A stretch of DNA of 48,210 nucleotides from Thermoplasmata archaeon (GTDB lineage Archaea; Thermoplasmatota; Thermoplasmata; Lutacidiplasmatales; UBA184). Every line of letters begins with the position of its first letter. Position 1 is the stretch's first letter. This document shows, in pieces, positions 43,034 to 48,210 of the stretch. The position numbers were made by a program, and so were the translations under genes. The stretch spans positions 1 through 48,210 of the forward strand of contig JBAIXP010000091.1 in assembly GCA_037916495.1 (NCBI GenBank), written 5' to 3'. Below the pieces are notes generated by a model. The model saw only the letters and a list, made by a program, of their open reading frames with translations, did no database searches and was not told the DNA's origin.

Positions 43034-45820
43034 ATGTCGAACGCGTCCCACTCCGTACCGAACGCGCTCTCCGTCGTGCTGGTCGTGCTCGCCCTCACCC
43101 TCTCTTCGCTGGTGGTCCTCGGAGCCGGCGTGCCGGCCGCCAAATCAAGCGACGCAGCCCCCGCACCCGGCGGCGGGCAGTTCGCCCCGGCCCTCTCTCC
43201 GACCCTGGCCGCTGCTCCGAACCACGGCACGGTCGGGACGCTGATCAGCTTCTCGGCGAGTGGCTTCGCTGCGAGCTCCTCCCTCTCGATCACGTGGAGC
43301 GGGGGGACGGTCTGCACGGGGACGACGAGCGGCTCGGGTTCGTTCGGATGCACCTACCCGCTCCCCCCGACCCCTTACGGCTCGCACGTGTTCACCGGGA
43401 CGGACGCCGCCGCGAACACGGCGAGCGCGGCGTTCAGCGTGAACCCGTCCGCCGCGGCCTCGCCGGACGGCGGACCGGTCGGTACCGTCGTCACCTTCTC
43501 CGGCGCGGGGTACACGGCGTCGTCGGCGATCACCGTCACCTGGACGTCGGGGACCGCGTGCACCGCCACGAGCGATGCGAGCGGGAGCTTCTCCTGCTCC
43601 TACGCGATCCCTCTCGGAACCTCGGGAGGCCCCTACAACTTCACCGCGAGCGACGCCGTCGCCCACAGCGCGAACGCGCGGTTCGCCGTCACGTACGTGG
43701 ACGCTTCGCCCGCGGCGGCGAAGAACGGGACGAACGTCACGTTCTCCGGCGAGGGCTACGGGAGCGCCGCCACGGTCTGGGTGAACTGGTCCGACGGAAC
43801 CGCGTGCACCGCGACCGCGAGCGCCAGTGGGGCGTTCAGCTGCGTCTTCCGGGTCCCGGGCGGGATCCCCGGAGGGCCGTACCCGTTCACGGCCACCGAC
43901 GGTCTCGGTGCGTCGGCGGTCACCAACCTCAGCGTCAAGCCGTCCCTCAGCGTCACCCCTACTAAGGGCGCGCCGGCGACGACCGTGACGTTCACCGGCA
44001 CGGAGTACGCCGCCTCCTCGCTCGTGACCGTCACGTGGAGCGTGGGCACCGCCTGCTCGGGCACCTCCGACGCGCTCGGGCGGTTCTCCTGCGCGTACTC
44101 CGTGGCACCCGCGACGGCGGGGAACCACATCTTCACCGGGACCGACGGGAGCGGCGACAGCGCTACCGTGACGTTCAAGATGGGCCAGGCGGTCTCACCG
44201 TCGCCGTCGACCGGCTCCGTCGGAAGCTCCGTGGTCTTCACCGGGGTCGGCTACACCCCGGCCTTGCTCGCGACCGTCGTTTGGTCGGCGGGAACGGCGT
44301 GCACGGCCACGGTCGATCCGGCCGGCACCTTCAGCTGCACCTACGTGATGGGCGCTGCCCCGGTCGGGGCCCACACCTTCGCGGCCTCGGACACCAGCGG
44401 CGGACTCGCCAACACCTCCTTCACGATCACGCCGAACCTGGCCATCGGCCCGACGTCGACCGGCCCGGTCGGCTCCCGCCTCACCTTGTCGGCCACAGGG
44501 TTTGCCCGCAACTCCCCGATCACCATCGCCTGGTCGGAGGGGACGGCGTGCACCGGTACGACCAGCTCGGTCGGGAGCTTCGCCTGCAGCTTTGTTGTGC
44601 CGCCGCAGGAGACCGGCAACTATTCGTTCAACGCGACCGACACGGCCTCGGACAACGCCTCCGCCGTCTTCCACCTGGTGACGCATCTGTCCGTGACGCC
44701 GCTGTACGGCGCCCCCGGTACTTCGGTCGCGTTCTCGGCCACGGGGTTCACGGGTGGCTCGGCGCTCTGGATCAACGGCACGGGCACGACCGCCTGCGTC
44801 GGGACGACCAGCCTCACGGGGAGCTTCTCGTGCACCTTCACCATCCCGAGCGAGCCGACCGGCACCTACCTCTTCTCGGCGGTAGATGCGGAGGACGAGG
44901 CGGCGAACGCCACGTTCACCCTGGTCGGGCCCGGGTTCTACTCCGTGACGTTCAAGGCGGTCGGCCTGCCCAGCGGTACCTCCTGGAGCATCACCGTCGG
45001 ATCTCCGCCCACGACCGTTGCCAACACGACCTACGGCTCGGCCGGCAAAGTGCGCTTCTTCGAGGCGAACGGCTCGCTGCCGATCGCCGTCCTGAGCCCG
45101 CCGGGCTACGGCGTCGCCGCGGTGCTCGGGCCGAACGCGCCGAGCCAGGCCGCGGTGAACGTCAGCGGCGCCGCGACGTTCACGATCCGGTTCGGTCCGT
45201 TCGAGAACTTGGTGTTCAACGAGACGGGGCTGCCGAACGGTTCGCACTGGGGGATCGCGATCCGGTCCTCGCTCCCCCACGGAGGACCGTCGCCCCAGAC
45301 CACGAACACGACCCTCTCCTCGCTCAACTTCACGGTCGTAAAGGGGAGCTACAAGTTCCAGGTGATCCCGAAGCCGTCGACCTACCGCGCGGCCCCGGGC
45401 CACGGTTCGGTCGGGGTTCCGTCCCACAACCTCACGAAGGTGATCAAATTCAAGCTCGTCTACCAGAAGGTCCTCTTCGTACGGTCCGGGCTCACCTCGG
45501 GAACCCTCTGGGGCGTCAACGTCACCGGACCGCTCAACGTGAGCCTCAACACCACCGGGAGCACGCTCGTCTTCCTTCTCGAGAACGGCACGTACAACTA
45601 CACGGTCTGGAAGGTCGGGTCGCTCTACCCACACCCCGCGAACTCCTCGTTCGTGGTCGTCGCGCCCAGCTCCGCGATGAAGATCGTGATCAGCTACACC
45701 GCGACCCCCGTGGCCGCAGCGCTGCCCGCCGGCAGCCCGCTCGCCCTCTTGGCCGGCGCCGGCGGCCTGGTCGGCGGCGTCGTGGCGGCCCGGCCGCGAC
45801 GCCCGAACCGACGGCCGTAG
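43034..45820 (+). CDS. Large cell-surface glycoprotein: signal peptide, 7 Cys-pair Ig-like repeats, 3 thermopsin-type repeats, C-terminal hydrophobic anchor/sorting-like tail
   Basis: ATG 43034 is preferred over GTG 43019, by spacing to the promoter-like elements. Signal-like ALSVVLVVLALTLSSLVVLGAG. Roughly two dozen N-X-S/T sequons. C-terminus LPAGSPLALLAGAGGLVGGVVAARPRRPNRRP. Confidence 0.8.
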   Translation: MSNASHSVPNALSVVLVVLALTLSSLVVLGAGVPAAKSSDAAPAPGGGQFAPALSPTLAAAPNHGTVGTLISFSASGFAASSSLSITWSGGTVCTGTTSGSGSFGCTYPLPPTPYGSHVFTGTDAAANTASAAFSVNPSAAASPDGGPVGTVVTFSGAGYTASSAITVTWTSGTACTATSDASGSFSCSYAIPLGTSGGPYNFTASDAVAHSANARFAVTYVDASPAAAKNGTNVTFSGEGYGSAATVWVNWSDGTACTATASASGAFSCVFRVPGGIPGGPYPFTATDGLGASAVTNLSVKPSLSVTPTKGAPATTVTFTGTEYAASSLVTVTWSVGTACSGTSDALGRFSCAYSVAPATAGNHIFTGTDGSGDSATVTFKMGQAVSPSPSTGSVGSSVVFTGVGYTPALLATVVWSAGTACTATVDPAGTFSCTYVMGAAPVGAHTFAASDTSGGLANTSFTITPNLAIGPTSTGPVGSRLTLSATGFARNSPITIAWSEGTACTGTTSSVGSFACSFVVPPQETGNYSFNATDTASDNASAVFHLVTHLSVTPLYGAPGTSVAFSATGFTGGSALWINGTGTTACVGTTSLTGSFSCTFTIPSEPTGTYLFSAVDAEDEAANATFTLVGPGFYSVTFKAVGLPSGTSWSITVGSPPTTVANTTYGSAGKVRFFEANGSLPIAVLSPPGYGVAAVLGPNAPSQAAVNVSGAATFTIRFGPFENLVFNETGLPNGSHWGIAIRSSLPHGGPSPQTTNTTLSSLNFTVVKGSYKFQVIPKPSTYRAAPGHGSVGVPSHNLTKVIKFKLVYQKVLFVRSGLTSGTLWGVNVTGPLNVSLNTTGSTLVFLLENGTYNYTVWKVGSLYPHPANSSFVVVAPSSAMKIVISYTATPVAAALPAGSPLALLAGAGGLVGGVVAARPRRPNRRP
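43199..44923 (+). repeat. Seven tandem ~82-aa (~246-nt) repeats, each with the conserved core G..V.F...G(F/Y)......(I/V).W..GTACT.T....G.FSC.Y......G.(H/Y).F.A.D
   Basis: Repeat boundaries counted in the translation (residues 61-635 of the 933-aa ORF). Each unit has exactly two Cys about 11 residues apart. The copies are divergent at DNA level. Confidence 0.8.
44936..45700 (+). repeat. Three tandem ~80-88-aa thermopsin-type modules (YSVTFKAVGLPSGTSWSITV..., LVFNETGLPNGSHWGIAI..., VLFVRSGLTSGTLWGVNV...NGTYNYTV)
   Basis: Read in the translation (residues 640-894). Paralogous to modules in the 1450..3492 protein. Confidence 0.7.
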
Positions 45821-45907
45821 CGGCCACCCGCGGGGCGGACGGACCCGTGGGCTAGCGCGCGTGCGCTCCGGCCTTCGGGTCCGTGCGCCGGCGGCTTCTG
45901 GCCGGGC

Positions 45908-45932
45908 GGGGGGGCGACCCCCCCACGGGGGG
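45908..45932. terminator. G7-CGA-C7 hairpin followed by G6, in the convergent intergenic region
   Basis: GGGGGGGCGACCCCCCCACGGGGGG lies between the stop of the surface protein gene (45820) and the stop of the GT4 gene (45945). The terminator role is speculative, since no oligo-T is present. Confidence 0.25.
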
Positions 45933-45944
45933 CTGGGTCCGTGT

Positions 45945-47126
45945 TCAGCCGGCCGTGACCGCGGCGCCGGGTCGCACCGGCTCAGGTTCCCGTCCCGGGT
46001 CGGGAAGGGGGAGGGCGAGCATCGCGGCGAGACGCGGCACGAGCACACGGGACCCGAACGCCGCGACCGCGTCGTGCTGGAGCCGGCGACGCACCGCCGC
46101 GAACTCGACGGGACGATCCCGGTGGAGGGCGAAGAGCTCGAGCGACCGTGCGGCAAAGGCGTCGGTCTCGAACGGAGGGACGCGGCCGTCCGGGAAGATC
46201 GCCGTCACGTCCCGGAGGCCGGGGACGTCGAAGCTCACCACGGGCGTTCCCTGCGTGTACGCCTCGAGCGCGACGAGGGAGAACGACTCGGCGCGCGAGG
46301 TGAGCCAGAGCACGTCGGCGCGGGCGTACACCTCGGGAAGCGCGTCCTCGGGGACGAAACCGAGCAGGTCGACCCGTCCCGGGAACTCTGCGGCGAGCTC
46401 CCGCACGAGCCCCTGGTCAGGGCCCGCGCCGGCGACCTCGAGCCGGATCGACGGTTCGCGCGCGAGGACCCGGCGTGCGACGTCGACCAAGAGGTCGATC
46501 CCCTTCTGCTCGCGCTCGAGGGGCCCGACGAAGAGCGCTCGGAACCGGGCAGCGTCGCGCGCCGGCGGCGCCACCGGCTCGGCCGTCGTGAACGAATGGA
46601 CCATCGCGACGTTGGAGAACCCGGCCGCGCGCAGCGTCGCGGCGTGACCGTCGTTGATCGTGTGAAGGGCGCTCGCCCCTCGGAGGAACCAGCGGAAGAT
46701 CCGCGCCCGGGCGCCGGTCCAACCTCCCTGCTCGAGCTCGCGCGCGAGGTCGTCCGCCTGCGAAGGGTGGTGGAACCCGACCACCGACCTTCGGCCCAGG
46801 AGCCGGCAGAGGAAGATGACCAGGGCCGCGAAGCGGGGCGTGGATTCGAGCGAAAAAACGGTGTCCGCCGTCCGGAGGGTCGAAAGGAACGCCAGCGGCG
46901 CGCGAGGGAACGGAGGGAGGAGGGGGAGCCAGAAGAGGCGGTAGAACCGGTAAGGAACGCGGACCTCGAGGGGCAGGGTCGTCGCGTCGAGGCGGAGCTT
47001 CTCGTGAGGGTCGACCTTGCTGTAGAGGAGAACGTCCACACCTCGGGCGGCCAGCTCGCGTCCGAGCGTCGCCGCGTACTTCTCGCCGCCACGGTAGGCG
47101 CGCAAATCGAGACCGGTGAGGATCAC
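45945..47126 (-). CDS. GT-B fold glycosyltransferase (family 4-like)
   Basis: C-terminal Glycos_transf_1 features: FVGPLEREQKGIDLL, GFVPEDALPEVYARADVLWLTSRAESFSLVALEAYTQGTPVV. Proposed GTG start at 47126 (VILTGLDL...). The 62 upstream residues of the ORF are R/P/G-rich, so the start is uncertain. Confidence 0.7.
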   Translation of the reverse strand: MILTGLDLRAYRGGEKYAATLGRELAARGVDVLLYSKVDPHEKLRLDATTLPLEVRVPYRFYRLFWLPLLPPFPRAPLAFLSTLRTADTVFSLESTPRFAALVIFLCRLLGRRSVVGFHHPSQADDLARELEQGGWTGARARIFRWFLRGASALHTINDGHAATLRAAGFSNVAMVHSFTTAEPVAPPARDAARFRALFVGPLEREQKGIDLLVDVARRVLAREPSIRLEVAGAGPDQGLVRELAAEFPGRVDLLGFVPEDALPEVYARADVLWLTSRAESFSLVALEAYTQGTPVVSFDVPGLRDVTAIFPDGRVPPFETDAFAARSLELFALHRDRPVEFAAVRRRLQHDAVAAFGSRVLVPRLAAMLALPLPDPGREPEPVRPGAAVTAG

Positions 47127-47347
47127 GAGCGACGGCCGCCGGGCGCCTACCGGTCGGGGCCGAGCGGCCCCGAGGCCCGCGTCCGTCACGCCTCCCGCCC
47201 CTCCCCCCGGAGAGCCGGTGCGGCCGACCGGCGGGGCCCGTCGAACCCGGGCCTCGGCGGCCCGGGGTTCCCGCGGGCCCCGCGGTACCCGTTCCCTGCG
47301 ACGGTGTGACAACCCTCAAGTAACCCCGGCCGCGTGCGCGCGGCAAG

Positions 47348-47743
47348 ATGGCGCCGGCGCGCGAGGACCCCGTGGACGCCGAGGGCGAACCCCCCGTCGT
47401 CGACACCGCCGGGCTCGCCGAGCGGATCGAGCAGGAGCTCGAGCTCCTGGCGCGCAACGTCGACATCCTCGAACGGCTCGCGAACAGCCCGCCGATCGGG
47501 ATCATCCGGTTGAGCGAGGCGCTCCACCTGCCGATCCACAAGACCCGCTATTCGCTCCACCTTCTCGAACGGGAGGGCGTCATCCAGCCGTCCGCGGACG
47601 GTGCGGTGGTGACGGACCGGGCGACCGAGTTCTGGAGCTCGCTCGACCGCTCGCTCGCCCGGATGAACGAGCTCATCCAGCACCTCAAGGAACGGGCCAC
47701 GGAGCACGAGCACCGTCACCCGTCCGGCCGGAAAGGCTATTAG
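47348..47743 (+). CDS. Small winged-helix (MarR/ArsR-like) putative transcriptional regulator
   Basis: 131 aa. ILERLANSPPIGIIRLSEALHLPIHKTRYSLHLLEREGVIQP looks like an HTH plus wing. Divergent from the GT4 gene. Confidence 0.55.
   Translation: MAPAREDPVDAEGEPPVVDTAGLAERIEQELELLARNVDILERLANSPPIGIIRLSEALHLPIHKTRYSLHLLEREGVIQPSADGAVVTDRATEFWSSLDRSLARMNELIQHLKERATEHEHRHPSGRKGY
47732..47742 (+). promoter_or_regulatory. BRE/TATA-like box AAAGGCTATTA upstream of tRNA-Asn, overlapping the last codons and stop of the preceding CDS
   Basis: 27 nt separate the box from the tRNA 5' end. Near-identical to the box upstream of tRNA-Leu. Confidence 0.45.
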
Positions 47744-47769
47744 ACCGATGCCGGCTCGTGCCCGCCGGT

Positions 47770-47873
47770 GCCGCCGTAGCTCAGTGGCAGAGCGATCGGC
47801 TGTTAACCGAAAGGTCAGCGGTTCGAATGGTCCGCGGACGCACGCCGCGGGCCCTGAATTCCGCTCGGCGGCG
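47770..47873 (+). tRNA. tRNA-Asn (anticodon GTT) interrupted by a 32-nt intron in the T-loop (between positions 59 and 60)
   Basis: 5' part: GCCGCCG-TA-GCTC-AGTGGCA-GAGC-G-ATCGG-CTGTTAA-CCGAA-AGGTC-AGCGG-TTCGAA. After the 32-nt insert: T-CCGCT-CGGCGGC-G. That segment completes a perfect T stem and a perfect 7-bp acceptor stem. Confidence 0.8.
47828..47859 (+). other. Putative BHB-flanked tRNA intron (32 nt) with internal 9-bp hairpin
   Basis: Strand 1: T stem AGCGG, 4 nt TTCG, 3-nt bulge AAT, helix GGTCCGCGG. Strand 2: helix CCGCGGGCC, 4 nt CTGA, 3-nt bulge ATT, T stem CCGCT. The central 4-bp helix has 3 pairs plus one C-U mismatch. Confidence 0.7.
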
Positions 47874-47898
47874 CCTTCGGCGGCCTTCCTTCTCCCGC

Positions 47899-47974
47899 GG
47901 GCCCGTAGCTTAGCCCGGTTCAGAGCGACCGGCTCATAACCGGTCGGTCGACGGTTCAAATCCGTCCGGGCCCA
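47899..47974 (+). tRNA. tRNA with CAT anticodon (elongator Met or Ile2 type)
   Basis: Acceptor GGGCCCG/CGGGCCC, D arm GCTT-AGCCCGGTTCA-GAGC, anticodon arm ACCGG-CTCATAA-CCGGT, T arm GACGG-TTCAAAT-CCGTC, discriminator A. Lies 25 nt after tRNA-Asn. Confidence 0.9.
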
Positions 47975-48042
47975 CTCAACGAACCGCCGCCTCGACCGCG
48001 ACCCGACAGGGCCCCCCGCGAAGTGTGGCGAGGGACGGTTTC

Positions 48043-48094
48043 GAAGGTTGAGAGGAACGAAAGGAAAGGGTTGGACCGGGGCAGGGAAAGATCC
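48043..48094 (-). terminator. Pyrimidine/T-tract-rich region immediately after the stop of the partial minus-strand gene
   Basis: The minus strand reads GGATCTTTCCCTGCCCCGGTCCAACCCTTTCCTTTCGTTCCTCTCAACCTTC. T-tracts are the usual archaeal termination signal and are rare in this DNA. Confidence 0.3.
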
Positions 48095-48210
48095 CTAACC
48101 GCACCCGCAGCCGCCGGATCCGCAACCGCAGCCGCCGCCCTCCGACCCGTGGCCGTGCTCGGGGGCCGGGAGGTTGGGGGCCGTGATCTTGAAACCGGAA
48201 GCGTTCAGGT
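48095..48210 (-). CDS. C-terminal fragment of a HesB/IscA-like Fe-S assembly protein (5' part beyond window)
   Basis: Not in the ORF track because it is too short. The minus-strand translation ...LNASGFKITAPNLPAPEHGHGSEGGGCGCGSGGCGCG* resembles the ...F.I.NPN....CGCG... end of IscA/HesB proteins, here with a duplicated CGCG. Confidence 0.4.
   Translation of the reverse strand, partial: LNASGFKITAPNLPAPEHGHGSEGGGCGCGSGGCGCG

Noticed and set aside
43199-44923. Diversity-generating retroelement or cassette-switching system acting on the seven repeats
   Set aside because: There is no reverse transcriptase or recombinase nearby, and no near-identical template copy. The repeats are diverged at DNA level throughout, not in a focused variable region.
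44195-46156. 653-aa minus-strand ORF, plus the 606-aa and 327-aa alternative-frame ORFs over the surface-protein gene
   Set aside because: All are antisense or off-frame to a gene with a clear signal peptide, repeats and sequons. Their compositions are Arg/Gly-rich.
47127-47312. 62-residue N-terminal extension of the GT4 ORF (ATG 47312)
   Set aside because: The R/P/G-rich segment is unlike any GT-B N-terminus. The GT-B beta-strand VILTG begins at GTG 47126. I kept this as an uncertainty rather than excluding it firmly.
47899-47974. Initiator tRNA-Met assignment for the CAT tRNA
   Set aside because: It has G1-C72 rather than the archaeal initiator A1-U72, and its anticodon stem (ACCGG/CCGGT) lacks the three consecutive G-C pairs. 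It is therefore elongator Met or Ile2 type.
1-48210. CRISPR arrays, prophage, integrase or transposase next to the tRNA genes, rRNA operons
   Set aside because: I saw no short direct-repeat/spacer periodicity. None of the credible ORFs carries integrase, transposase or phage hallmark motifs. The genes flanking the tRNAs are housekeeping.

Overview
This is a dense, high-GC (roughly two-thirds G+C by eye) archaeal chromosomal segment. I call about 48 protein genes and 5 tRNA genes. I see no rRNA, CRISPR array, transposase or integrase.

The archaeal assignment rests on several markers: Alba, TFS, RpoL, the conserved rpoE'-spt4-DUF359-rps24e-rps27ae cluster, ArcS, type II GAPDH, archaeal-type ProRS and DUF373. 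The heliorhodopsin and thermopsin-type surface repeats suggest a Thermoplasmata-like lineage, but that is inference.

Most of the content is housekeeping:
- purD, asnS, proS, gdhA, gap, thiL, dut, trm5 and kptA
- a Hef-like helicase, an acyl-CoA dehydrogenase, an aldehyde dehydrogenase and an aspartase/fumarase-class lyase
- late menaquinone-type genes (UbiD/UbiA pair and UbiE/MenG)

The items most worth a second look are:
1. A tRNA-Asn(GTT) interrupted by a 32-nt insert in the T-loop. The insert sits in a geometrically exact bulge-helix-bulge arrangement, consistent with a non-canonical 59/60 intron.
2. A truncated heliorhodopsin gene at the 5' edge of the window.
3. A tandem pair made of an effector-less AAA_16/STAND-TPR NTPase and an NTPase-less paralog, heading a co-directional string with ubiE and an aminotransferase.
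4. Two paralogous, heavily sequon-rich surface proteins that share an upstream GGAATATCT motif and TATA-like box at almost identical spacing. One of them carries seven Cys-pair Ig-like repeats and a C-terminal sorting-signal-like tail.

Many very long ORFs in the supplied track are antisense or out-of-frame artefacts of the high GC content, and I rejected them. I could run no database searches, so all family assignments come from reading motifs in the translations.
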